Below, piece after piece: positions 1 through 12,874 of a stretch of 64,000 bases of DNA (the first letter of the stretch is position 1; each line of letters opens with the position of its first letter). The stretch is from Raja brachyura (Eukaryota): positions 34,100,001-34,164,000 of the forward strand of contig OY740785.1 in NCBI GenBank assembly GCA_963514005.1, written 5' to 3'. The notes under the pieces are model-generated. The model saw only the letters and a program-made list of their open reading frames with translations. It was not told the origin of the DNA and did not search any database. Position numbers and translations under genes: made by a program.

Positions 1-719
1 GATGCCGCCTGCCCTGCTGAGTAGAAAAAGCACAACTTTTTCCCAGGTGTCTTTCAACTTTACTCCACTTGCATTAACCCTCTGCTGTCTAGTATTTGAT
101 ATTTCTACCCTGGGGAAAAGATTTTATCTACCCTATTTATAAATGTTATGAACTTCCATCTGGTCTCTTCTCAGCCTCGGACATTCTTGTATTGCATTTG
201 TCGGCAGTTCACAGACTTGCATGTGGAATTATTATTACATGCAGCAATTACATGTCATTTAAATAAATGTGATGGTAATTGGACTGCTATACCAGTGTAA
301 AATGCCAGGAATTCACAGTGACCAGGAAATGAATTAAAAAAATTGGTAAGCAGCATTCATTGGGAAAGGCATAGCAGGGTGCACAGATGTATTCCATAAA
401 CTGTCTCAAGAATTGATGCTGAGGTTTAGCTGGTAATTTGCATTGTGAACTTGGATTCAGGAGCACAATGTAAATTAATCTGGTTCGCAAGTAATAAAAT
501 ATCACAGATCATGCGATATATATTGGTGAAAGCAGTGGCAGGCTGAAGGAAATTTGTTGGGAGCTGCAGTCTGCCTTAATACATGCTTGACATTTTAACC
601 AAGGATATGAGTGTTTTTAATCGTTTTGGCCAGACTAAAACTTGCCAGCATCTAAATTTATGGTACAACAACGCAGTAAAAGGGAAGTTCAGTAACATCA
701 AAAATGATATACAAAATGG

Positions 720-850
720 AGAGGAAAACAAACTACTGGAGGAAATCAGCAGGCCAGGCAGCATCTGTGGAGGGAAAAGATACTGCCTGACCCTCTGAGT
801 TCCTCCAGCAGTTTGTTTTTTGCTTGAGATTCTAGCAGTCCCTTGTGTCT
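720..850. mobile_element. Older inverted pair of pLTR-derived arms
   Basis: aaacaaactactggaggaaatcagcaggccaggcag is inverted to ctgcctgaccctctgagttcctccagcagtttgttt. Confidence 0.6.
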
Positions 851-883
851 GAATGTGCAAAATAGATTTTGTTTTAGTGTTTA

Positions 884-1410
884 CATAGAACAATACTGCA
901 CAGGAACCAGCCCTTCATGACAATGTTGAATGTAATGCCAAGATGAACTAGTCTCCTCTGTCTGCACACGATCCATATAGTGTAATCCCTGCAAATTCAT
1001 GTGCCTCTCTAAAAGACTTGTAAATGCATTTAACATCTGACTCCAACCCAGGCAGCCACACTTACTAAAAAAAAGTTTTGCTTCGGACATCTCCTTTAAT
1101 TTTTTTTCCCCTCTCACCTTAGCTGTGCCCTCTAGTCTTTGACATTTTCACCCTGTGAAAAAAGGTTCTTGCTGTCTACCCTATCTATGCCTCACATGAT
1201 TTTACATACTTCTATCAGGTCTCCCTTTGGCACTGCAGAGAAAACAATCCAAGCTTGTCCATGCTCTCCATATTGCTAGTACCCTTTTAGCTAGGCAGCA
1301 TCCTGGTGAACCTCTTCTACGCCCCCGCATCCTGTAAGCCTCCACATCCTGTAATGGAGCGACCAGAACGGCATACAATTTTCCAAGTGCAACCTAACCA
1401 ACGTTCTGTG
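884..1410 (-). mobile_element. Old CR1 LINE 3' fragment
   Basis: catagaacaatactgcacaggaaccagccctt tail and degenerate RT C-terminus. Confidence 0.65.
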
Positions 1411-1734
1411 GTTCATGACTTCCTGACACTCCATGCTACTATTTATCTCCACAGTAGCATGCAATGTCCATCTAACATAATTATTTTGTTTGAAAGCCTA
1501 GGTAAGGAAATCCAGACTTTTATTTAGGAAAGAAAATTATCAGGATCAGTGCTATGACATCAAACAGTGGCAGTATTGAGCAAATAACACTGAGATTTTG
1601 TTCATTAAAACTTTACCTAGTTTGTAGAGATAAAACTGTGTAAGTTAGACTCTTGTCATTTGGAATGTCTTCACTGTCTTCTGCACTCCCACGATATGAA
1701 AACTGAACTCGAGCCATTTCCCTGACAAAGGGAT

Positions 1735-2290
1735 CAGACGATAGGAGTGGAATTGGGCCATTTGGCCTGTCGAGCCTGCTCTGCCATTTGATCATGGTTG
1801 ATCTATTTTTCCCCTCTCTACCCTATTTGCCTGCCCCATCCCTATAACTGATGCCCTTACTAATCAAGAACGTATCAACCTCCCTTTTACCCAATGACTT
1901 GGCCTCCATGGCTGTTTGTGGCAATGAATTCTACAGATTCATGACCCTCTGGTTAAAGTAAAGGGCCTGTCCAACTTGATGATTTTTCTTGGGCGACTGC
2001 CGGCGTCATATCATGGTCACCAAAATATTTTGAACATTTCAAAATCCAGTGGCGACAAAAAAATGTTGCGACACTTGAAAAAACACTGCGCGTCAATACG
2101 TCATCACGCCGCAAATCAGTGACCTGATACGGCAATCAATGATGCCGGCAGTCCCTGAAAAAATTGCCAAGTGGGACAGGCCCTTTCACTCCTCCTCATC
2201 TCTATTCTAAAGGCACATTTTTTTAAAATTCTGAGGCCGTGACCTTTGGCACAAAACTCTCCCCGTACTGGAAACATCCTCTTCACAACC
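1735..2290 (-). mobile_element. CR1 3' fragment interrupted by a MITE
   Basis: ggccatttggcctgtcgagcctgctctgccatt...gaattctacagattc. Confidence 0.7.
1962..2184. mobile_element. PIF/Harbinger-like MITE (inserted in a CR1 fragment)
   Basis: TIRs agggcctgtccaacttg / caagtgggacaggccct with extended inverted arms; left flank TAA, right flank imperfect. Confidence 0.7.
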
Positions 2291-2494
2291 ATATGGCAGA
2301 TGAGATTAATTTTTCTTGACATCATGTTCGGCATAGACATTGTGGACTGAAGTGTCTGTGCTGAGCTGTTCTACATTGTATGAGTGAGAAGGAGACAATT
2401 GCATCTCTTCAGGAAAGGGGGCTTAAATTGCTGATCAATGTATGGGGAGAATACAGGGCAGGGGATACATTTTAGTTTCTTCTTGCAAACATCT

Positions 2495-2612
2495 GCCGAA
2501 AGGTCCCAAACCAAAACCTTGCCTATCCTTGTTCTTCAGAGATGCTGTCTGACCCACTGAGTTACTCCAGCACTTTCTTTTTTTGGTAAACCGGAATCTG
2601 CAGTTCCTTGAG
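2495..2612 (+). mobile_element. Degenerate pLTR-derived short repeat
   Basis: gagatgctgtctgacccactgagttactccagc...atctgcagttcctt with an eroded hammerhead. Confidence 0.6.
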
Positions 2613-3731
2613 TAAACATGTAACAATGTTGCAATCAGCTCAATGTCTTTTGATAAACTTTCAAACACTTTTGATATGTCGTATTGTGTGAATTTCAATG
2701 CAACATAGTGATTTTCATGTGTGCGTAAGTGTTTGTATGCTTGTGATTTTAACGTGCATCAGACATTTGATAGGAAAATTACTGTTTGATGTTGATTTGA
2801 ATGGCTGTATTAGTTGCTACTAGATGAGATGAAAGATGACAAAATGGCTCTGAATATTTTTGTTATTAAAAATTAATACACATCCTTGGTGGTGTGGGGA
2901 TATCTTGGGGAATTTCTCCACAATGACCAATAACCAAGATAAATCTTCAGCAAGATGAGTAGGAAAGTAAAATCTTAATCTCATTTTGCTCTCAAAGAAA
3001 TACAGTGAAATAGAGGAATCATATCTATAATTCAATCTTCACTGGATGAAGTTGCCATAATTGTAGCAGGGCGAAGGCCACAGAGCAGCAGGAACTGGAG
3101 ATTTTAGCATTAATAGCTTTCCTTGGTTTGAAAAATTTCATGGCTCGTGTCTTTTTATATCGTGCTCCAGTATTAGTTTTGTTTATTGTCAGATGTACCA
3201 AGGTACAGTGAAAAGCTTTTGCGTGCAAACTAGTCAGTGGAAAGACTATACACAGTGTACATAATAAAGAATATTAGAATGTGATGTACACTTCAATGAT
3301 ACTGTTGCAATTTGGGGGAAATAAACTTGATTGTATTTCTTGTACATGATTTAAATAATGTTTGTACATCTTTACATTCATGGTGTCATCAAATCAATAC
3401 ATTAATTCTGCCATTAAACCAGTGCATCTTTACAATGCATCAAAGCTGATCTCATTTCCCCTTTCAGCAATAAACCCACAAAGGATTTGAGAGGCTGTTG
3501 CACACGACCAAGCTCTTCTGTGCCATAGTGGCAGGATGCTCAAGTGCAGTCCATGTTCTCAAAGCCCCTTGTGTTGGCTGCACCAAGCTTCAGTGCACCC
3601 CTTAGCATGTAGTCCCATAGCCTGTAAAAGGCCACTAAGCTGCATTCATTTGCAGATATCTCACTTTGCTGGAAGACCAAGTTTTGGACAGATCAAAATG
3701 CTTTTTTTAGAGTCAGCATGGTGGTGCACCA

Positions 3732-4030
3732 GGGCAGGACGGTGGTGCAGCAGTAGAGTTGCTGCCTTGCAACGCCACAGACCCGGGTTCGATCCTGACT
3801 ACAGGTCCTTGTCTATACGGAGTATGTATGTTCTCCTCGTGACCTGTGTAGGCTTTCTCAGGATCTCCGGTTCCCTTCCACACTCCAAAGACGTGCAGGT
3901 TAATTGGCTTGGTAGAATAGTAATTTGTCCCTAGTGTATGGAGGATGGTGTTAATGTGTGGCAATCGCTGGTCGGCACGGACTTGGTGGGCTGATGGGCC
4001 TGTTTCCATGCTTTATCTTTAAATTAAACT
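3732..4030 (+). mobile_element. HE1-type tRNA-derived V-SINE
   Basis: A box ggtggtgcagcagtagag, B box gggttcgatcc, V-domain tgttctcc..gtgacc..gt.gg...ctccggtt..c..ccaca.tccaaagac, CR1-derived tail. Confidence 0.85.
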
Positions 4031-4627
4031 TCCTTCACTAGTTGTTGATCTTCCAGTGGCAGTTGACTTTAGTCTCTAATAGCCTGTAAATTAGTGTCCT
4101 CTATTCTGAACAGTTTGTGATCAACTTCAACAAATTCCTTGCATCCTGTATTGGAACTTTTCAAATGCACGGAGGTGGATGATTGTCTCTTTATTGTGGC
4201 CATCTCAATGACAGCAGGCATTGGGAGTGAGACTATCCATGCAGAAAGAATCTGACAAGGGGGCTCCCTCTCCCTACCAGCCAAATGCAGTTTTAGTGCT
4301 TCTTGTGGCAAAGAGACTTTCTGCCCATGGCTTTGACAAACTGCTTGGGAAACTATTCCACAGGAGTTATGTTCTTCTCCTGAAAGTTAATTTGAACTTT
4401 CTAATCTGATCAATGTCTGATGGACTTATGGTCAAAGTTGTTTTTCCACAGAAATCTTTCTATAAAGGACAGATGGTGCAGCCAAGTCCAACGGAATAGA
4501 ATATTGCGTAGCAAAATGACCAGGCCCACCATTTGCAATATCTGGGAAAGGTATAATTTCAGAATCTAATGGAGCTTGCTAACTGCTTGAATAGAAGTGG
4601 GGTCAATCACTTACTCAAGTGATTTAC

Positions 4628-4884
4628 TTTACGTTTAGTTTAGAGATACAGTGCCAAAACAGACCCTATGGCCCACTGAGTCCGCGCCGACCAGCGATCC
4701 CTGCACACCAACACAATCCTACACATACTATGATCGATTCACAATTTCACCGAAGCCAATTAACCTACAAACCTGTACGTCATGGTGAGAACATACAAAC
4801 TCCATACAGACACGTGGACAGGATCAAACCCAGGTCTTTGGCGCTGTAAGGCAGCAATTCCACCGCTGCGCCACTGTGCCGTCC
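4628..4884 (-). mobile_element. HE1-type SINE
   Basis: Reverse complement of the same consensus. Confidence 0.8.
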
Positions 4885-5734
4885 TTGAATTGCTTCTCAT
4901 GAGCCACCTCTCAGTGTAAACAGATATTAATGATGAAATCTGCCTTCACTTTCAGTGTGTCAGCACTGCATTTAGATATCCGAGGGATACGGTATTAAGC
5001 TCCTTGTCCACTGAGCAACAGTGCACCATTTCTTTAATACATGAATCAAACTCTGCTTTGCAAACATGTTATTGCACCCATATTATTTTAATATGCTCCC
5101 ATCCCCCAATTATCATACCATTGTTTTCCTTTTACCTGCCCTTTCCTTTTGATATCATTGAATACACAATCTTCCCATTGTCTCCTGTTTCAGTCATGTT
5201 TTTGTTGCATCCACAACATGGAAACAAGGCTATTGGCAACTTCTCGCATTGTTGTGACTGAAGTTCATTGTTTTACTTTGACCTCTTCTACCTTTCATGA
5301 GTTTAACTACTTCCTACAATTCTACTTTAATGTCATCCACCTTGGTGTTTTTATTGTTCTTTCTTGGTTCAGCATCACCATAACTAAGATCTTGTGTGTA
5401 AATATCGCCTCTATTGTTATATGAAAAGCTACAGTATTGTACTTGCATGCATCCTATTTACGATAAGCTTGTCCTTAATGTCTGTAGCACTGCAGATGTT
5501 GTTTCACTTGCATGTTGATGATCATATAAATTGTAATGCTTAGTCAATGGAACAGAATGATAAAGTTTGTGTGAATTCAAATTTGTCTGTTGATATTTTT
5601 TTAAACAAGCGCTTTCCAATGATCATTGAGGGCTTTGACAGAGGCTCAATTTCTGCACTACACTTGACCTCTTTTGTACATAAAAGGCAGAATGTCTTTT
5701 GCCATTTTAGTTGACTCTATTTTGAATATGCAAA

Positions 5735-5920
5735 GATGGCTGTGGAGGCCAAATCAATGGATATTTTTAAGGTGGAGATTGACAGATTCTTGATTAGTAA
5801 GCTGTTAGCGGTTATTGGGGTGAAAGCAGGAGAATGGGGTGAGGGGGATAGATAGATCAGCCATGATTCAATGGCGGAGTAGATTTGATGGGCCGAATGG
5901 CCTAATTCTGCTCCTACAAC
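5735..5920 (+). mobile_element. CR1 3' tail
   Basis: gatcagccatgatt...gggccgaatggcctaattctgctcct. Confidence 0.7.
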
Positions 5921-6284
5921 TTGCATATTCAAGATACTTACATTTTAATCAGATGAGCATTATACACAAAAGAGATAATAAAGTAAGTGAAAGAGTATTC
6001 TAGTGATGATGTTGGCTAAACGGTGTACAATTTTATTTCTGTAGTTGTCGGAGGATGACTAAATGCAATAGGGCAGAACAGCTGGTCTTGAAGGGTGACC
6101 TGACGCTGGGACAAGAGCTGGAGTTTAAAGACTCTGTGAAGATCATGGGCTGTGTAACCAAAAAAAATGGGTAGAGCAATTGAGTAGTTAGAGTGGGGAA
6201 TTAAGTTCTTAGCATCGGCGTACACCAGATCTATGGACAAAAGTCCAATGTTCACAACGGGCTAGAGATGAATCGGATAGTATC

Positions 6285-6500
6285 CTAGCTTATGGAAGGA
6301 CCGTTCAGCAGCCTGATAAAGGAGAAGAAGAAGCTGTTCCTGAGTCTGGTGGTATGCATTTTCAAGCTTCTGTATCTTATGCCTGATGGTGTGGGACAAG
6401 TCTTTGATAATGCTAGCTGCTTTTCTAAGTTATCATGAAGCGTAGATGGAGTCAGTGGTGGGGAGTCTGGTCTGTATGATGGACTGGGCGAACATCCATG
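6285..6500 (-). mobile_element. Old Rex1/L2-like LINE 3' remnant
   Basis: PSG.RYRSL..HTTRLRNSFF...IRLLN, typical of these C-termini. Confidence 0.55.
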
Positions 6501-6568
6501 GATGGGAGCATTTATTGGCCTCGGAGACCAAATGTTTAAATTAACATCCAAGCCTTGCATCTTATTGT

Positions 6569-6771
6569 GTACGAAGGAACTACAGATGCTGGTTTAAACC
6601 GAAGATAGACAGAAAAAGTTGAAGTAACTCAGTGGGTCAGGCAGCAACTCTGGAGAAAAGGAATAGGTGACATTTTGGGTCAAAACCCTTCTTCAGACTG
6701 AAGAAGGGTATCGACCCAAAACGTCACATATTCCATTTCTCCAGAGATGCTGCCTGACCCACTGAGTTACT
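6569..6771. mobile_element. Palindromic Penelope-pLTR-derived short element (two inverted hammerhead arms)
   Basis: Arms meet at cttcag-a-ctgaag (centre 6697). 16-bp TSD ccttgcatcttattgt at 6553-6568 and 6772-6787. Confidence 0.85.
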
Positions 6772-8302
6772 CCTTGCATCTTATTGTCACTCTTTGAATA
6801 TTTTGCAGGTTAGTTATATATTATTGCATTTTCTCAGTTCCAGAAGGAAAAGCTGGTGGAAACTGAATAATGGTGTTTAAAATTCTGATGCTAATATAAA
6901 AATAGTTTGCATAGCAGAAAGCTGAAGCTGCATTCCCTCCCTGACTCCATTATATATAAAGTTACATAACGTTCTTTGGCACAGGAATGCTGATTCAACA
7001 GGGAAAAATATCAGTGATTTTGCCATTGTATACTATATTATCATTGTGGAAAATTCATACAAGTAGGGTGGGACCCACATCCCTGGGGCAGGGAAGAACT
7101 GGCTTCATTGTAAGCAATGCTCCTTTTGCTTCATCGAACAAACCGCATTGTAAGTTGTGAATGTATCCTACCATTCTGAATGAAGGAAGCTTTGTTTTGT
7201 GTACTTTGGGGGACTGGATGCCATTCAACTCATTTTTGGGTGTTCGGGGGATCTTTGGAAGAATTGGTTACTTCATTAGTGCAATCTATGTGACCTGCCC
7301 AAGGACCGTCCTGTTTAAATGTCCACTGTGTTTACACGAGTAGAGTATTTAATTGCCCTGTGCACTGACGATGGAACAATCAAATCGTTACTTGCAGCAG
7401 CATAACCGGCCTGTAAACTCAATACCCTTAAATAATATAATAATAAACATAAAAATTCAAATTAATAAAATTCAAACCAGTGCAAAAATCCCAAAGTCCT
7501 TAGTGTAATAAAAGACAGTCCATGCAATATCATGGTTGTTTTGTGGTATTCAAAAGCCCAATGTTGAGAAGAAGCTCTTCATGAACCTGGTGATCACTGT
7601 TTTGTCAAACTGCCCTACCAGCTTCCCAGGAGTGAAATGAGAGTGTGAGCAGCATGGTGTGGGTCTTTGATATTGGCTGCCATTTTGAGGTAGCACCTCT
7701 TGTAGGTATGTCAACTCAGTCTGCCTTCATTATGTTAAATTGGTTGGGATTGGAATACAATATTGAGCTTGAATTAATTGATTTAAATACGCACAGAATT
7801 TGCAGATTATCATGGTTTTTTTTGCTCAATCTGCAATCTTTTATTGCCTAATCCGCAAGAATTGCCACTTTTCATTTCACTGCACATCTCGTATGCGTAT
7901 GTGACAAATAAACTTGACTTGGTATTGGGGCTCAATTGAGACCACCGAGATGTTTGAAAAATTGGAGAGTGTCCAATGTAATGCCAGTATATGAAAAAGG
8001 AAACAGCTGATCGAGGCAATTACAAGTCAATTAGCTTGACATTTTTACGGTTGCAGAGGAAAAAAAGAGGAATCAATTAAAATCAAGTCAGATAAAGAGA
8101 AATAAAAGTATTTACTTGGACATCAGTATTACTTGATGAACCTTGTGGAATGGTGAGCAGTGGTAAAAGTCAGAGTAGATGAGAGAAATTCACTAGTTAA
8201 GAATGAGTAGGGGCTGTTTAGGCCCCTTTAATCTTTTGCACCATTCAATGAAATTAAGACTGACCTTTGACCGTAGTTTATAAATGTGGTTTAACATCTT
8301 TA

Positions 8303-10143
8303 TGGGCCTGTCCCACTTAGGCGATTTTACGCAGACACACAGTCACACACACCTCTGAGTCAAATTCACACAGTGCAAAGCCAATGTGATACAGACACAC
8401 ACCGCGATGAACAGGAAGGTTGGCGCTGTAATTAAGATGGCTAAAGCACAGTGTACGGTAAGTCCTTTAAAAGATGAGGGGGGGGGGGGGGGAAAGGAGG
8501 GAGAAGAAGTGGAGACAACTTTTAAGAAGCCAGAGATACACGGCTGTGAAGCTCGGTGAACATTTAACATCACCGGTCGGTTATCCTTGGTTCTGAAAAC
8601 TACTGCTTACGTTTTTTTTTCCCCAATGAGCCAATGAAATTCACCGGTCAGCACTGGCTACAACCTTCGAGAACCTTCAACCGAGGATGTAACTAGTAGA
8701 GTGGATAAGGGAGAACCAGTGGGTGTGTTGTATCTGGACTTTCAGAAGGCTTTTGACAAGGTCCCACATAAGAGATTAGTATGCAAACTTAAAGCACACG
8801 GTATTGGGGGTTCAGTATTGATGTGGATAGAGAACTGGCAGGCAGACAGGAAGCAAAGAGTAGGAGTAAACGGGTCCTTTTCAGAATGGCAGACAGTGAC
8901 TAGTGGGCTACCACAGCGCTCAGTGCTGGGACCCCAGCTATTTACAATATATATTAATGATTTGGACGAGGGAATTGAATGCAACATCTCCAAGTTTGTG
9001 GATGACACTAAGCTGGGGGGGGGGGGGGGGGCAGTGTTAGCTGTGAGGAGGATGCTAGGAGGCTGCAAAGTGACTTGGATAGTTTGGGTGAGTGGGCAAA
9101 TGCAGTATAATGTGGATACATGTGAGGTTATCCACTTTGGTGGCAAGAACAGGAAAGTAGACTATTATCTGAATGGTGGGCGATTAGGAAAAGGGGAGAT
9201 GCAGCGCGACCTGGGTGTCATGGTACACCAGTCATTGAAAGTAGGCATGCAGGTGCAGCACAGTGAAGAAAGCGAATGGTATGTTAACATTCATAGCAAA
9301 AGGATTTGAGTATAGGAGCAGGGAGGTTGTACTGCAGTTGTACAAGGCCTCGGTGAGACCACACCTGGAGTATTGTGTACAGTTTTGGTCTCCTAATCTG
9401 AGGAAAGGCATTCTTGCCATAGAGGGAGTACAGAGAAGGTTCACCAGACTGATTCCTGGGATGGCAGGACTTTCATATGACGAAAGACTGGATAGACTTG
9501 GCTTGTACTCGCTAGAATTTAGAAGATTGAGGGGGGATCTTATAGAAATTTACAAAATTCTTAAGGGGTTAGACAGGCTAGATGCAGGAAGATTGTTCCC
9601 GATGTTGGGGAAGTCCAGAACAAGGGGTCACAGGTTAAGGGTAAGGAGAAGTATTTTAGGATCGAGATGAGAAAAAAAATTTCACACGAAGAGTGGTGAA
9701 TCTGTGGAATTCCCTGCCACAGAAGGTAGTTGAGGCCAGTTCATTGGCTAAATTTAAGAGGGAGTTGGATGTGGCCCTTGTGGCTAAAGGGATCAGGTGG
9801 TATGGAGAGAAGGCAGGTACAGGATACCGAGTTGGATGATCAGCCATGATCATATTGAATGGTGGTGCAGGCTCGAAGGGCTGAATGGCCTACTCCTGCA
9901 CCTATTTTCTATGTTAACCTCCTGGAAACCCACCAGGACCTCCTGGCGACCCACCTATGGCTCGTGAATTGTCACTACTCTCCATGGCGGCTTCATTCTA
10001 GTCATCGCTAATTTTTCAACATTTCACTCCTCACGACCATGAAGGGGACTCCCCGGCAACCACCCACGAACATGTAGCGAACATGTCGCGACTGCATAGT
10101 TTCCTGCAGTCGCCTAAAAAGTCGCCTTAGTGGGACAGGCCCA
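8303..10143. mobile_element. PIF/Harbinger-like non-autonomous transposon containing a CR1 insertion
   Basis: TIRs tgggcctgtcccact / agtgggacaggccca; TSD TTA on both sides. Confidence 0.8.
8683..9915 (+). mobile_element. CR1 (HER1-type) LINE, 5'-truncated, frameshifted RT + 3' tail
   Basis: [58 protein letters not shown]; tail ttctatgtt; possible TSD aacc. Confidence 0.92.
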
Positions 10144-10805
10144 TTATCCTTAACTTTTTTTCATGAACAAAACCTATCAATTTTAAGTTTTTTAATTTAG
10201 CAACTAATCAAGCAATATCTGACCTTTGTGAAAGAGCGTTCTAAACAGTACAATTTCTGTGTCAAAAGGCTAACTTTAATTCATTTTATTTTTTATTTTA
10301 CCTCGACTCCCAAACTAGCAGGAATATTTTCTTTACTTATCCTGTCAGTGCAATATAATTTCTTGATAAAGAAGCAGTCAAACCTCTGGGGCAATATGAA
10401 CAATATGAATGTATTATGAATGGTCCCTCAAAATTTAACCTTAAGGTTGATATTGTTCTGCAGAAGTTAAGGCATACTCTCAAAGGTCAATACATCCATC
10501 ATGGAGTGTAATACACAGAACTGCAGGTCTTTTAAAAAAAAATCTATTTTGTATTGCAGAACCTCTGCCCACTTTAGTTCGAATCCTTGAGTTTTAATTA
10601 CCACATTCCATTAGCCTTGGTTATTTGACGCGTCAGTCCTTAAAAATATTACTCTTGTTACATGAACACCCACTTTCCCCACCCCAACAAATTTCATTGA
10701 ACAATTACTGTTTTTTTTTCATAATTCCGCAAGTTATGGAAGGAGGCCATACAATGATTGGCCTATACTAGTTCTTGAAGCATTCTGAATTCCCCGTTAA
10801 TAACC

Positions 10806-11075
10806 TTCAGACTTTAGAGATATAGGGGTGAAACAGGCCCTTCAGCCCACCGAGTCCACGCTGACCAGCAATCATCCCATATACTAACTAACAGACTAGG
10901 GACCGTTATTCAAATTACCGAAGCCAATTAACCTACAAACCTGTATGTCTTTGGAGTATGAGAGGAAACTGGAGCACCTGGAGAAAACTCACATGGTCAC
11001 ATGGAGAACACCCATAGTCGGTATCAAACCCACATCTCTGGCGCTGTAAGGCAGCAACTCTGCCACTGTACCAGC
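10806..11075 (-). mobile_element. HE1-type SINE
   Basis: Reverse complement of the same consensus. Confidence 0.8.
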
Positions 11076-11092
11076 CTATTCTCAAGTGATAT

Positions 11093-11541
11093 GGGGGGGG
11101 AAAGCAGGAACGGGGTATTGATGCTGGAGTAACTCAGCAGGACATGCAGCATCTCTGGAGAGAATGAATGGTTGACTTTTCTGGTCGAGACCCTTCTTCA
11201 GACCTTCCTCAAATTAGGAGACCAAAATTGCACACAATACACCAGGTATGGTCTCACCAGGGGTCTGTACAACTGCAGTAGGACCTCCTTGCTCCTAAAC
11301 TCACATCCTCTCGCAATGAAGGCTAACGTGCCATTAGCTTTCTTCACTGCCTGCTGCACCTGAGTGCTTACTTTCGTTGACTGATGTACAAGCACGGCCA
11401 GGTCCCCTTTTCCTAATCTGACACCATTCAGTCTGAAGAAGGGTCTCGCCTCGAAACGCCACCCATTCCTTCTCTCCAGAGATGCTGCCTGTCCCGCTGA
11501 GTTACCCCAGCATTTTGCTTCGATCTTTGGTTTAAACCTCA
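11093..11541. mobile_element. Composite: inverted pLTR/hammerhead arms enclosing a minus-strand CR1 RT fragment
   Basis: Left arm about 11120-11203, CR1 piece about 11204-11429, right arm about 11430-11538. Possible short TSD tgatat (11087-11092, 11542-11547). Confidence 0.7.
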
Positions 11542-12874
11542 TGATATATCATCTCTTCCTCTCCCTCCCTCAATGCTATTAGGCCCAGGAGTTAAGTGTT
11601 CGAAGAAAAATACAATATCCATAACTGAAATTGAAGATTTACCTTTAAAGGGTTAATCACAGTCAAATTGACAACTAAAAGTGGAAATTAAGGTTGTGCA
11701 GTTATTTCCATGTTGTAGTGGAGGGGATTGTTACATTTGTGCAGGAACGGGGTACTGAATGTGGATGATCAGCCATGATCACAGTGCTGGCTCGAAGGGT
11801 CAAATGGCCTACTCCTGCACCTTTTGTCTATTTCAAAGGCCAGTAATTGGAATGCATCAAACAAGATGTGGTTGAAGTAAAGGCCTGAGACCTTATGAAA
11901 AATTAGACTTTCACCATTGTTTTTATTTAACTTATTGTCCTTGCCTGTGGAATTTTTCATATCAACGCGTAATGATTAAATAGTGCTTCCCTCATTGTTT
12001 ACTGTGAACTGGTGAAGAAGCATTTCCAATTGAATATCTTTCATGGCCTAAAGTCAACTCAGAAGAATATGTACAGTCACTTGCAAGTAAGTCAAGTCAG
12101 GATTACTGATTTACTTTGCCTAAATATAAGGGTCTGGGTGAATGATACCATTTTATTTCTAACACCAACTCGTAAATTAAGTTCATAATTTGACCTATCA
12201 GTTTGCATTTTCAACTGCTGTTGCAGTGTGCTTTACCATAAGATCAGAAATCCGCTCCTACAATTGCCCTAATCAATTGCAGTGATTTTGGTTCTATGCC
12301 ATTGTCCCCAGAACAAAAAAACGGATCACTTTAAATACGTTGCAGAAGAGTGTACTCTTGATGATGTTTACAGCTACCCCGTGAATGGATGTATGTTCCC
12401 ATGCATTTGACAGCTGGAGTCTCCAGTGTACAACTTGAACTTGCAGATAAAACTGTTGCCAACTGAGTCGCACCTGGGACCTACCTCAACAACATGAACA
12501 TTTGTTTGGAAGACATTGGAATTACAGTTAAAATAAAAAAATTAAGAGGTTGTAGCTGAAAAGGCCAATGCAATTTAAAGTGAAACTATGTAGAGGAAGC
12601 AAATGTGAATGTTGTTTAGTGACCGTCTAAAATAAATGAAGAATGTTGGGTGTTGTTTTGTCAGGAGTGGCGGTGGTTGCAGTTACGATTGTGGTATTTA
12701 AGAAGCTTTTGGAGAGGCACATGGATATGCAGGGAATGGAGGGATATGGATCAGATGCAGGTAGAGGAGATTAGTTTAACTTTGCATCATTTACGGTATG
12801 GGCATTGTGGGCCTCACAGCCGGTTCCTGTTCTGTACTGTTCTATGTTCTAATGATGAGCAGTTTGACACGTGA

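Noticed and set aside
3732-3800. tRNA-like A/B boxes (also 26803, 36131)
   Set aside because: Heads of V-SINEs followed by the V-domain and a LINE-derived tail; not tRNA genes.
4452-4550. Possible plus-strand exon (ttttccacag ... AG|gtataa)
   Set aside because: Weak donor, unrecognised peptide, and its phase does not fit the zinc-finger exon.
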